In this document: positions 13,518 to 27,747 of the stretch, in pieces
How the letters are laid out: each line of letters opens with the position of its first letter
Numbering within the stretch: the stretch's first letter is position 1
From: an uncultured virus (IMG/VR IMGVR_UViG_2061766007_000442)
Lineage: Duplodnaviria > Heunggongvirae > Uroviricota > Caudoviricetes
Virus record (IMG/VR): IMGVR_UViG_2061766007_000442
DNA: 64,000 bases
Reading direction: 5' to 3' (one strand)
Translations under genes and position numbers: made by a program
The notes under the pieces: generated by a model
Databases searched by the model: none
Seen by the model: only the letters and a program-made list of their open reading frames with translations
What the model was told of the DNA's origin: nothing

Positions 13518-16500
13518 TTAAAATCTTTCCGCAATTTCATTGCACGTAATTGACATATTAGCTCCAGGACCTAACGTTAAATTAATACTTTGTATTACAA
13601 AATCTCCATAAGTGTTGGTTGTAATATCATTAATTGTAATACGATTATTTGGTTCTAAATAAAATACAGGTATACTAGTTAAAGAAATAGATTTTTGATA
13701 ACGAGTATGTAAATATAACTCGTATTTTATTTGATCAAAAGCACCATTTCTATATCCACCTGTAATTAATTTATTATATATATCTGAATTTACTTGTGTT
13801 CATGGATAATAATTATTAATTGCTTCTTGACGTAATTCATTTAAATTTAAATTACTTTCTAAAGCACTCCCATATCTATAAATTTCATCATTAACCGCAT
13901 GTCCAATAGTACCTAAATCAGCAACATTACTAGGTAAAAATACTACATTAGGTATTTCTGGTTGGAACAAACAATTAATTTCTTCTTTTACAATTACATT
14001 AGAACGTCTGCCAATATTATTTACACTTCATTCACCAAATGAAGTATCAATTTCATCTAAGAAATCTAAATAATATGACCCAGCTAAGGCTAATGTTTGA
14101 TGGTCAATTGCTTTATCTTTTTCTTGAGCATAAAATTTTTGATTTTGTAAATCGTAAACTTGCGGTCAAAAAGCATATAATTCTGTAAAATAATAACCCT
14201 TATCTGTACCATGAATTACACCCTTTAAACCGTCTAAATATAATTTAGTACGTCAATCATAAGCATAATATTGATGTTCTGGTTGTAAATTATCATATTG
14301 TTGTAATACAGATACAATTTGATACATTTCACCATCTCAATAATAATATTGACCATTTTGTTTATAAATTAAATTAAAATTACCAACTTGCGGCAGCTCT
14401 TGAATATTTTCTACATAAGCCGCACACACTAAATTATTTCTGGGATGAATATATAATATCATTTCATCTTCCGTTGTTGGATATACTTCATAATAAGAAG
14501 AACCATAATATAAATTAATGTTATAATCTATTGTACCGTCATTTGCTTCTAAATCTGCAATTTCTTGTTCTAATTGTTGAATTTGATTATTTTCATTTGG
14601 TTGATGATATGCCATAAATGCATTGTAAAATTCTCCAAACAAACTATTTTCATAAAATGCATAATCATTATTGGGATTTAACGTCACAATATTTTCCATA
14701 TTACTATCAATAAAACTATATTTATAATTTGATAATGATTCAAATTCTACAATTTGATCAAGATTATGCGAAAATCATTCAAGATTAGAACTGTTAATAG
14801 ATACTAAACATTCATGATTATTTTCTATACCAAGTTGAATTCCTTCTTTGCCATCTAATTCAACAATTTTATTATCTCGTTGTTGTTGCAATTGTAAAAT
14901 AAAATTATATAAAGTAACTAAATTTTTCTTAATATTCGCATAGCGTTTAGTTAATTGTTGCTGCTGCTCTTTTAATACATTAATTTGAGTATTAATTTTA
15001 TCCATACTTTCATGAGCAATTTTTAATGCTTCAACTGAAGAAGTATATAAACTTTTATTTTCTGGATAAGTTAATCCAGCATAATCATATATTTGTTTAT
15101 CAATATCATTTAACTCTGTATTATATTCTTCAATTTTAGTAATATATGTATTAATTTGTTGAATATTTTNNNNNNNNNNNNNNNNNNNNNNNNNNNNNNN
15201 NNNNNNNNTATTTGTTCTTGAACTTCTATTAATTCAGGAAATTCAGCAGTTTCGATAAAATAAATTAATGTATCATATTTTAATGTAAAATTATTAACAT
15301 TATTTAAATATATAANNNNNNNNNNNNNNNNNNNNNNNNNNNNNNNNNNNNNNNNNNNNNNNNNNNNNNNNNNNNNNNNNNNNNNNNNNNNNNNNNNNNN
15401 NNNNNNNNNNNNNNNNNNNNNNNNNNNNTATGTCGTTGAGGTATTTTAATTTGATAAGATGATATTAAATTATTATAACTTATATTAGATGGTGGTATAG
15501 GATATTTTGAGCCAGCATACATTAAAAATCATGCTTCTGCATATAATTGATGCGGAGCTTCATTATTTTTTAGTTCTTCCAAATCNNNNNNNNNNNNNNN
15601 NNNNNNNNNNNNNNNNNNNTGTTTTGTTAATTCTTTATCTTTAACATCTATTAAATCATTTTTAGTGTCTATATAAGTTTTTGCGTTGCGAACATCATAC
15701 AATAATTGTTCTAAATATTGAATATTTGCATATTGTTCTTGCAATAATTTATTTAATTGTTTAGTTTTTTCTTCTATTTTTTTAGAATTATCCACAATAA
15801 CGCGAATGGTAGGTCTAGTATCTGTACCTATAATTCTTGGCTTTTTATCAATTGCTAAATGATACCTAATTGGTGTAGTAATATCACTATCCGCAATAGT
15901 AGTTTGCCCTTCTACAATATAATCATTTTTTATATTTTCATATTGTGGATTAACAGTAATAGAAGTTAATAACTTTTCATCGTCAAATGTATAAATACTA
16001 CGACTATTATTTGTTTCTACTAAATAATCATTTTCAGCCATTTCGTCTAATAAAGTTCTGGCCTGTGTAGTTACATAATAATTTTTAATTTCTCTAAAAT
16101 GAAAAGTACCAAATACATCATAAAAATATTCATAATTACCAATAATATTTTTAATTTTATCTAAAATAGCGGTTACTGTCTCTCCTGGTGCACCCGTTAA
16201 TTCATCTATAATTACAAAATCATCCATAATATAACCAACATCCATACCTTTATAAAAAGTATGTAATGGCTCACTATCAGGTTTTGTTAAAGAAAAATGC
16301 GGAGTATCTGGCTCCATTGAAATAGTCGTTTCTACATCATCAAGCTGATATAAAGGAGTATCTCCATATCATTGCATAATACGTCGAATACGAAGTGGCA
16401 CACCCTCAATAACTATTCTATTTAAATCTTCCCCGCCATAATGATTGACTAATTCTTTAATAATATTATAAATTAAAACCTTTTTTTGTATATACTCTCC

Positions 16501-17034
16501 GCTTGGCAATTGAGTATCCATAGTATCAAAAATAACTGTAGTAGGAAGAGTACCACCTACATCTCCATTTAACATAGCCATTTTATCTTTTAATGATAAT
16601 GTAATATTTGTAGATGAATTCGCACTACTATTAATAGAAAAACTACCTATAAAAAATACCCCTTCAGGAAACCAAAAGATAGGATATTCAGGGTAATGCG
16701 ACGTCTCATTTTTTACACCGATTTCAATGAACACTTTTTTATTAATAGCAAAATCTGCTTTACCATTATCTACAGAATAAGAACGAGCATCCACCGCACA
16801 TGTTAATTGAGCTGTGCGGCGGATGGGTGAATCTTCAACTTTAGAAATAGAACCAGAAGAAATTTCTCCTTCTATCGCTTTAATTGGTTCTTCGTCTCAA
16901 TTTAATAATGTAATTTTTATATATTGACGTTGATTCACAAAACTATCTATTTCATTTAATATATTTCTTTTTTCTCGTTCTATATCGGTTTGATAAATAA
17001 AACTATCTTGAAGATAAGGATATTCTTTATGCAT
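13518..17034 (-). CDS. Tail tip/baseplate hub-like protein, ~1,170 aa (code 4; gaps)
   Basis: ATG at 17034 overlaps the upstream stop. KITLLN-W-DEEPI...SPIRRT at the N-terminus and IPVFYLEPNNRITI at the C-terminus are typical of siphoviral hub proteins. Joins ORFs 16369, 15529, 14775 and 14337. Confidence 0.65.
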
Positions 17035-20000
17035 TATCATATCTCCTTTTCTAAATCTCCTTGATAGTTAATTATACCATAAATTGGTACTTTAGCTATT
17101 ATAATATCATCAACACCATCAATCATTTCTATTGGATACCAGTTACCATCTATATAATAAATTTGTTGTATGTCATTTTTTGTATAAATGCCATTGATTT
17201 TTGGATGATTAATATCTCCTATAATATCTTTATAGCATTGTCATTCTTCAATATGGTAAGGATATGCTGTTGTTTGTCCTTCGCCTAACGTATCATTAGG
17301 ATTAATAATAACCATACGACGACCAAGAATTTTTAATGATTCTAAAGGCCAATCTTCAAAAGCATCAAAAATACCAGTAGAACCAACAGTTAAATATGAA
17401 ATAGAATTTGAATTATTACTATCATTTTCTTTGTATTCTATATATTCTATATGGGTATAAGGTGTTACATCTAACATTAATCCTTTACAACCAGTTAAAT
17501 GAATACGTTCAGATAAAATACCATTTTGATAAGTTAATTTTTCATAGTCTTGATAAATAGAATCAATAATATTAATATTTAAAGGTAAAATATTTTTATT
17601 ATATTGCCCAATAATTTTCTTTAAATGNNNNNNNNNNNNNNNNNNNNNCAGCTGGTTTAGTTTTATATTGACATTCACATAAAACATTAGCTTCCTGATA
17701 AGTATTTACATCTGACAAGATTTGAATATTTTGTACAGCCAAATCATCTGGTATATGATAAAACCCTTTTTGATTAATAAAAATTTGTTGAGGAATATTT
17801 GAATTTCTTGGCGTAACGGCGATAACATATCCTAGCCATTCTGTTTCTTGTTCAATGTTTTTATTTATACTTGGAGCAAAACCAGTAGATTCATTATAAG
17901 TATAATAATGCGGAGGTGTTGTAAATTGGATAGTAATATTTTTTAATCGAATAGAACTATTAATTATATCATTTGTTTTACCTTGAGCAATATCTCTGCC
18001 GTACATTTCATTTAATTTATCTTTTAAAGTTAAACTATTTCATAGGTCACCGGTATTATATGTATCTGCACTACCATTTACTCAATTAATATTATTTCAT
18101 CCAGAATTAATTTTAATTTGAATTAATTGGGGTGCTTCTAAATCTTTATCATCTTCATTATCTGCGAATAGATTAAAACTAGAAGAGGTGATATATGCAG
18201 GTTCAATTGTCGGAATATCAATAATACCCAATTGTTTTAATTCATCTAAAGAGTATCCATCTCCAACTTCATACATAGTAGCTGAAAAATTATATAACAT
18301 TCTACCTAATTGCGAATCTGGGGTTAAATTAATATCAGTTAACATTACAGCTATATTACCTTCTGGCATAGAACGATATAATTTAGGTTCGCCATCATTT
18401 AATCAAGCTACTAATTGTTCTCTGAATTCACGTTCCCAATATCAATGATTATGAGGATAAGAATCGTGTGGATTATTTAAATAAATCGCTTCTTTATCTG
18501 CATTTTTATCATTATCTATATAAGGATATTTAGAACTAAAAGGTACTTGTTTTTTAGTATTAATAGTTGAATAATATTTTTCACCATCAGCCGCAGTATC
18601 ATTACGAATTAAATATTCTGTATTAAATTCTACATCATAATTTTGTACATTAACATCTTCTAATTCACTTAAAAATTTTCTATTAAAATCTTCTTCCGCA
18701 GAAATTAATCCTGAAATTTGATATGTTTTATAGTTCATTATAGCATTTTCAACAAATTTAGGATAACGTCCACCCAAAGTGTCTATCTTTTGTCTATTTA
18801 TTGTTGGTTTTCAAGAAGATACTTGCCCATTATATCGAATTGCAATTTGTCTATTTTGCCGCATCAATAACATTTCATAAAATTTAGGATAAATAATTTT
18901 GCTAAAATATACTTTATCTCATATTTCAGAACCTGTATCACTTATAGCACAAAATTGCGCAGAATATTGATATTGATATAAGCTACCTATGCTATAGTCA
19001 TCAAAAGGAATTTCTAAAGGGGCGTTAGAAGTATATTCATATTGAGATTGATAAATTAAATCTCATGTTTTAAAATTATTTTTACTTGAAGCTCGTCTAA
19101 AATATATAATACCATAATTAACTGACTGATTAAAAGTAGCAGAAAAACGAATTTTTGCTATTCCATCTTCTTGATTAACATCAATTTCTTTTGTATCAGT
19201 GCTATCAATATTTCATCTTATAGTATTCAAAATATTATCATAATCTTCTATTTTTAAAGGATAATTTTTATAAAAATAATATCCATTATTAGTATAACAT
19301 TCAACTTTAATAATAAGTTCATCATTTTTATGAGTATCCATTAAATTTAAAAGACAATCTATACTTGTATTTTCTTCTTTTAATAAATTGGGTCTAGCAT
19401 AAATTCAATTTGTAGTATCTATTTCTTGTTCATCTAATAATGCAGTAATACGATAAGATTGTAAACGTTCAGTTTCAGGTCAACTAGCCCCTTCTTTTGT
19501 AGATTGAATAAAATTAATATATCCACTAATATGAAACGTACCCGGATATGTTGTTTTAATCGCTTCTTGATCAGTTGTTAATTGTGCTATAGCAATAATT
19601 GGCTCTAAAATTGGCTTAATTAAAGTTACACTAGACCATTCTGAAAAATATTCTCTATAATTTAATAAATAAGTATTATCATCTGAAGCATTTTTTCATT
19701 CATTGGTATTTTCATTTCTATCAAAACGAATTTGTACCTGATAATATTGATTATTATTCCAACATTTATCTTTTGCTTTATTTAACCATTCTGGATCTAA
19801 AATAACAGCATAAACATTATTTTTAGAATCATATTGAAAAATACCTTGTTGTTGCAAACTATCATTTTCTTTATCAAAAGTAGGAAATTCAGCAATTAAA
19901 ATACCATTCATAATTTTACCTAATACTTCTGAATTTCGTTTAATAGTTTGATTTTGAATTAAAACATTAGAATTATTACGTTGATCTGCAACAGAAATAT

Positions 20001-20136
20001 GTATAGCTTTTATATCATTTGAACTATTAAAAGGAGACAAAGAAAAACTTATAAATGCATAAGTATCATATACAAAAGCAGGTTGAAATGTCTCTATTAA
20101 AGGAGGGTATAAGGTATTTACCACGGTATCTGCCAT
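17034..20136 (-). CDS. Minor tail protein, ~1,030 aa (code 4)
   Basis: ORFs 19696..20136, 18442..18777, 18097..18369 and 17599..18006 share one frame, and the first three end at TGA. The gene ends TGA-TAA at 17034. Confidence 0.65.
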
Positions 20137-20153
20137 ATTTTATCCCTCCTTAA

Positions 20154-20591
20154 TTATTCTCCTGATGTTGGAGTAACTGTTTCTCCTTGCTCGCTGGGTG
20201 TACTTTCTTCAGTAGATGAAGAATTATTATTATTTATTATTTCTATATCATCATTAATTTCAAATAACATTTTTACTTTAAAATTAGGATCATAAGATTC
20301 AGAATTTTTATCGGTATGTTCATATTGTAAAAATTTTCCATTTTCCATAAAATCTTGTCATGCATTTTTAAAATTTTGTCATTCTTCAAAAAAATCTTGC
20401 AAAGTACCCCAGGTTTCTTTTACTGCTTCTGTATCAGTTATTGGTTTATAAATAATTATTTGATCACTATCTGCACCAAAAGGAGCATATCATTCATTTT
20501 GTTCTAATTGAGTAATGACAGCATCAACATATACTGCATCACCCTGTTCATTAAAAACAGGAACTTGTGCTCTTAATTTACCATTAGCCAT
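20154..20591 (-). CDS. Hypothetical protein, 145 aa (code 4)
   Basis: ATG at 20591 is in frame with ORF 20154..20348 through three TGA. Ser/Thr/Pro-rich C-terminus. Confidence 0.6.
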
Positions 20592-20829
20592 TTTCAACTT
20601 CTTCCTCTTGCGGAGTTTGTGTTTGAATATCTTCTTGCAAAGCTGCTACGTCTATTTGTTGACGAGTTAATTCTGTAAGATATTCTACAATAACTTTATC
20701 TTTTAAGTTTAATAATACTTTTGTTAAAGCATCAGTCATTTCTGTAGCAGAAATATTATAATTCTGCATAAAGTCATCTGCCCATTGTTGGGCAGATGCT
20801 TGTACTTCTAAATGTTGTTGTATATTCAT
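20584..20829 (-). CDS. Hypothetical protein, 81 aa
   Basis: ORF with GAGATAAAAGGATG leader; its stop overlaps the next start. Confidence 0.65.
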   Translation of the reverse strand: MNIQQHLEVQASAQQWADDFMQNYNISATEMTDALTKVLLNLKDKVIVEYLTELTRQQIDVAALQEDIQTQTPQEEEVENG

Positions 20830-20840
20830 CCTTTTATCTC

Positions 20841-23800
20841 CTATTTTTTCTTCTCTAACTCTGATACTCTCTTCCGTAAACTATCAAAAGCATCTCAAGT
20901 AGGAACGGCAAATATTGTTGTTCCTATAATAACCGTTCGCTGACCAAATAAAGTAAAAGTACCAACATTACTTGTTTTTAAATAATTATCTAAATCAGAT
21001 GATTTAGCATATCCTGTTAAACTTACTTTTGGAATTATAAAAGAAAAACTACCGCTATGCTTACCAATACTAGGACGACCATTAGTAACATTGATACCAG
21101 GTATTTCCCATTCAATTTTATGAGTGGTACCGCTACTATCTGAACTACTACTATGTGTTATTTTATCGGTATCATATATTCATTTTTTGTTTTTATCTTG
21201 ATGATGTGATTGTCTACTATTAGTATTACATGTATTGATTATATTAGTACCATCACCTTTTATTAAACCGTCTCCTTTACTACCAACAATTAAATTAGTG
21301 CCTAAATGTACTCCCGCTTCTCCGCTTGTATTATAATAATAACTATTAATATAACTTTGACCTGTTTGTAATTTAAAAACTCCAACACCGGTTGGCTGCA
21401 TTTGAAATAAAACGGCGCCATTTTGATTGACAATATTGTTACCATCAATAGTCTTAGTGTTTATATTACCATTAAAAGCTCTTAAGATTAAACCTCCATT
21501 AGTGTGAGCAGCATCAATTAAAACACTAGGTCCTGTTATTGCTGAAATATTTCCTACACTACTACCACCGCTAATATTAATTTTTTGTTTAGCCTTAAAA
21601 TTACTAGTATTACTTAATATAAATTGATTATTAGTTTGATTAATAAAACTAATATCGTTATTAGTAGTAGTAATTTTATTATTTGTATTATTAGTAGTCA
21701 TAGAAAAACTATTAGTTAAAACACTATTTAATTTTGTACTAGTTAATATTATTGCTTCGCCTGCAGAAACAGTTAAATTTCGATTAATCTCAGTTTTTCA
21801 ATTACCAGTATGAATTAAACTTCCCTGTTGACTAGAATTACTAGAACTTTGTAAAGTTAAAATACTTTGATTAGTTTCAATAGGATTGGCGGCACCCAAA
21901 GCAGATAAAATAATTTTATTGTCATCAGGGCCAGTTTGTGACAGCTCTATCTTACTAATCTTTTCTGTTGGCTCTTTTTCTGCATTTTTACCAACAAAAA
22001 TACCTGTATTCAAATTTTCATAATCCTGTCCCGCATATATTCTAATAGGACGTCTACCTTCATCATTATTATTATTATCATTTAAAATTTTAGTAGAAGA
22101 AATAAATACAGGGGTAGTAGGAGCATTGGTTAATTTATCAATAAAAAATTGTATAACACTACCATTATTATTTTCAAAATCTGCTCCAACATATACGTCA
22201 GTTAAATTAAAAGCTTGAATATCGTGCAATCCTAAACTAACCAAACCAGTACCAACACCTTCTGATACAAATTTACCAGTAGCATCAATACCTGCTTTTT
22301 TATAACGATGTCATACTTTAGTATCTTCATTAATAATATTTTCATTTATTAATGATACTTTAATTAATTCATTAGAATCATTATATTCTATATTTACAGG
22401 AATAATCTTATCATTAAAATTATCTTGTTTAGGAATAAAAGTTATATAATTTCAAACACTTTGTTTTAAATTATTATTTTGTCAATCTCGATATTGATTT
22501 AACAAACCAATGACATATTCTTCTGTTTCACGCTCACGTTTATCAACTGTTGTATTTATTAATTGCCAATAAGAATTATGACCATCTTCATACAAAAATG
22601 CCAATGGTCTAAATACTTGTTTGCTTATATTACCCACAGTTTTTAAATATCGTTGAGTTAAAACAAGAGTATTATCTCTATCAATATAATGATAATTTAA
22701 AGAAGTAGCATCTAAAAATATTTTAAAATATTCATCAAATTCATCTACTGTTATTGGATATTTTTTAGTGTTAGCATAATTATTTAATGTATCACAAACA
22801 CCATATCCATTATAAATACGAGAAGAGTGTTCATATAAACTAAAAAATCTTGAATCATTAGGGTCTATTTGTAATTCAAAAGTATCACCTTCACGTACAG
22901 TAGTATTAAGATTTAAATAATTAACTCTTTGGTCATTTTGATCTTGTTCTGTTAATATTCTACCTTTGAATGAAGCATATGCAGGTAAAGCACTTAACAA
23001 AATACCCTGTTTAGTATGCGGAATTGACCCGTGCGCATACTGAGGTGCATCTTCGTATGGCGCTCCAAGAGAAGTAGCAGAAGTTTGTTTAGTATAAGCT
23101 TTCGTTTGTAACATAGCTTCTTCTTCACTACCAGTAGATACACGATAAATACTTCTAGAATCAAAATTTCATTTTGAAATACTACTTGTACCACCAGGGC
23201 GAAGTTCAATGCGGCCCTCCGTAAGAGGATTTGACATATCTGCCGCATCTTCTTCAGGCAAACCAAATGTAGCATTACCGGTTGCCGCATCTAAGAAAAT
23301 AGAGCGTTTACCATGACTATACCCAAGCAAACCAATTTCTTCTTGACCAGCCGCATCATCAAAAGTTTTCTCTGTCCCCATTAATACACCAGTAAAAGTA
23401 TTATCCTCTACGTGTTTAATGCCTGCACCAATCTGCGGAGCTAATACATAGCCCTCTTCTTCGTTAATTTCAACACTATTGCCATCTCAAGCATTTAACG
23501 ACGCCAAACCATATGTATTTAATGACATATGAAATGGAATAATTAATTCATGTTCTAATATTCCTTCATCAATATTTTCTATAATATTTTTATAAATTTT
23601 AACTTTTACATATTGATTTGGATATGCTCCACTATAAACTTCATTTGGAACAATAGAACAATATGTAGGATCAGTATCGTCTGCTGTAATACCAGTTAAA
23701 AAATTAATTTGATCAGTATATTTTCTAACAATTTTTTGTATATTAGTANNNNNNNNNNNNNNNNNNNNNNNNNNNNNTGGCAATAAAATAGAACCTAATG

Positions 23801-26800
23801 TATTATATTCTAGAGAATCTTCAAATAAAATTGCTTCAATTTTAGTTCAATCTAATTCTTCTATATTAATTTCAAGATAATCATCAATAGATTGTTGAAT
23901 ATTTTTATTCTGTGCATCAATTGTCTCAATATTATTATCTAATTCTTGAAAAGTTCTATCATAGATAATTTTATNNNNNNNNNNNNNNNNNNNNNNNNNN
24001 NNNNNNNNNNNNNNNNNNNNNNAAGATTTTCTTCAGTTAAACCATCATCATCAATAATAAAATTTAAATTTAATAATTTTTCTTCTAAATTATTTAATAA
24101 TATTTCTATCATTGTAATGTTTTCTGGCTCTAATGGATTATCTAAANNNNNNNNNNNNNNNNNNNNNNNNNNNNNNNNNNNNNNNNNNNNNAGTCTTCTA
24201 TTTGTCAATCATCATTAGTTACATATTTATCTAATTGAGTAACCAATTTAGAAAAAATATCATTGCTATCGTTTACTCTTTGATTATAAAAATTTTCTCA
24301 ATTCTTTTTACGTGTATTAACTAAATCATTATATTGTTGTTCAATCTCATTTTTTTGAATTATTAAATTATCATATTGATTTTGAATAGTTTGTTCAACT
24401 ATTGTTTGAAAACTTGTTTTTTGTATAGTTTCTATTTTATCTAATTCTTCTTGTCGCTCAGCCTCTAATTTTTCTACCATATCTTCAATTTGGCCTTCGC
24501 GATTAGTTAAATAAGAAACATTTTTTCCAATAGAAAAAGCAGGAAATTCTTCATTAGTATTAGTGCTAGAATTAATCCCACCATGTGCTTCTCAAATAAT
24601 TGTGCGGGGAGCATCTAAATTATCAAATAATAAACCAATCCCCATATTTTCATCATATAAAGGATTGCGGCCGTCAGAGTTATATACTACCTGCCGCAAG
24701 GTTCTGTTTTTATCAATACCAACATAATAATTTGAAGAATTTATATATTTAATATCAGTACAAATAGGATAAAAATTATAATAGGTTTGAAATTTCTCTT
24801 CATCTATTGGAAGATCGGCTTGAGCTTTAATAATATAATTAGTATAAGAATCTTTTGGNNNNNNNNNNNNNNNNNNNNNNNNNNNNNNNNNNTAAAATAG
24901 CTTGTTTAGTTCCACTATCTATATCTTGCGTATTTTGAGTGGTTCAATGTTTAGAAGTTAATCCATTATTTAAAATAGACCAATTAACTTTACGATATTC
25001 GCTACTATCAATTAAATTATTTTTTCTATATAATTGTAATTGAAGAATAGCTTCATTCATACTTAAACCGTTATTTCATAACATATCGTATGTATTATTT
25101 GCTTGTTGTTCAATTTTAAGAGTTAGTAATTCTTTAGCTAAAACATTATTATTATAATCATCTTCTATATTTGAATATTTGTTATTAACTACATCAATTT
25201 TTGCCACGACGTCTGTACCATTGGTACCATCATCACCAATTTTACCAAAGAAAAAATTGGTGGGCTGTCTATATGTTACTAATCCGTCTCCATCATTAAA
25301 TTCAACTATACAAATAATTTGATTATTTGTGCATCCATANNNNNNNNNNNNNACATACAGAATTTTTTAATATATCATTTTGTTCTGTTAATGGATTATA
25401 ATTTAAATCATTAATAGTGGTATGTATTAAACTATTTTCTATTGGTATTTGCCAATAAATATTGTATTTTAATGGATTAATAATACCACCATTAGGGTCA
25501 TAAAAATTACAACTTAATGGTTGAGGAATTGTAGGATCTTCATAAATTATACTGGTTGGAGAAATACCGGCTTCATTATATTGAAATACTTGATTACCAT
25601 TTACAATTTCAATATAATAATTTTTTAAATTAACTGAATATCCACTTGTTAAAATTAAATCAACTTCTCCAACAGATGTATTTAATGTTGGTATATTAAT
25701 AGCACATATAATTTTTATACTAGAACGATTCGGTACACTATCTGCTCCAACAAAAATATAATTAGCATTAGGATACCATATAATATTTTCAATCGCAGCC
25801 AATGTTGATTGTAAAGTTTGTTTATCAAATAATGAATCAGTAGTTTTTATTTCTTCTTTTAATGATTCTATCCCATCTGCATCTAAAATTTTATATTTAG
25901 TTCCATTTTCTAGTTCTTTATACCATACAAATTCATAATTGTCTAAAATAGTTTCATTATTATCAATAATACAAGTAATTTTCTTTTGTCCAGACCCTTC
26001 TCCAAAAGATAGTCCTGAATCTGAAACTAACTCAATATTATGCTTATATTTATCATTATAAATAATAAATTCTTGCTGCACTATTGTGCCAGATTCATAC
26101 ATGCCTATAACTTTATATTTATTGCGATATACATAAGTATCTTTAGCTCGAATAACTAAAGTTGGAGAACGATAATAAGAGATATTATTATCAGAAGTAA
26201 TTAATTCTCAACCCGCTCCAGCATAAATATTATATTTTGAATCTTTAGATGTAATATTATTATTTTGTTTAAATCACATAATTTTTGAATAATTAGTTAC
26301 ATCTGTATTATCTTGATAAATTAATTTTGCTGTTACTTCTAAAGTATCAGTATCATTTGCTTTATCTGTAAAATATATATCTTCACATTCTAAATCTAAA
26401 CGATAATCTCCATTTGTATTATCTAAATATTTAATACATGTAATAGATATATCTGAAACTTGAATATCATTTTGAAATATTTGCTCTGGAATTTCTGGAT
26501 TGGTTTTAAAATTATTACAATATAATACAATACTATTAATGCGTACAAAANNNNNNNNNNNNNNNNNNNNNNNNNNNATACTGATATGTTGGAGTAGAAT
26601 AATGATAAACATTACCTGTCATATTATTTGTATTTAAATATATACTATATTCTTCTTCTTGAAAAGCGTAAGAGGCATCTGTAAATCATTTTTCATATTG
26701 GTCTTGCAATTGATTAAAGGTAATAGGAGAACCATCGGTATTAATAGTATANNNNNNNNNNNNNNNNNNNNNNNNNNNNNNNNNNNNNNNNNNNNNNNNN

Positions 26801-27628
26801 NNNNNNNNAAAATGTTAAACTATTAACATAAGTTTGCATTTGATTATAAATACTAGACATTTGTTGTTGCACTTCTTGTACAGTATCGTATTCTTGAAAT
26901 AGCATATCTATTTTATCTTTAAAATAATTTAAACGTAAATTATCTATAGTTGTTTTTGGCTCTTGAACATTTCAACGAGCCTGCATGTTTTCAAAAGAGG
27001 TTGTCCCATTTTTTAATGCAATATTAAAAATCAAACCATAATCTTCATTACCAGTTAATGTTTGTGTACCATTAAAATTAGTTCTAAATTTTCCAGAAAA
27101 AATAAAACCTTTAGTTTCTTCTAAATATACTTTTAATTTATTATTGTCAACAGATAATAAATTATCAGTTTCAGATTGATTAGCATCATATAAAACTTTA
27201 TTTTTATTTGTATTGTCAACACTATAAGAACGCAAACCATAATTATTAACAGTATTTATTTTAGGGGTTAAAATATTTTGTCCAATAACCCCATATCCAT
27301 TATATAATGCTGCAATATTTTCTTCTTCTTTTTTATTTGTTTGAGTTCCAGTATTTGCTTTACCAATAATTGTCTTTTTATTATTAAAATCATTTTCTGG
27401 AATTAATACATATACTGATGTATTAGGTACATATATATCATCATTAAGTGCATATGCATCAAATACACCAGACCCATATCTTAATCTATATTTTCCATTA
27501 GATAAGCTAAGACATTGTTCTACGGTAGCTTCAATGGTTTTATCTAAATGTAAATCTTCAATGCGTTTTCCGACTATTACATCAATAGCCTTATACACAC
27601 TATCTTTTATCGTAGCCGCCATTCGCAT
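20841..27628 (-). CDS. Very large tail protein (~2,200 aa; code 4; several gaps)
   Basis: Fragments 26972, 26274, 24592, 24298, 23487, 23169, 22482, 21798 and 21180 all end at TGA and continue in frame (e.g. GLASLNA-W-DGNSV). TAG at 20841. Lies directly downstream of the tape measure gene. Continuity across gaps is assumed. Confidence 0.6.
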
Positions 27629-27747
27629 TCTCCTTATATAAAAAATAAAACGGGGATAGTAAGATATACTATCCCCGCACTATGTTTTTCCTTATATCTC
27701 ACTCTTATTATTTCAAAGTTTTAATATAAGTTTTATTTATTTTTACC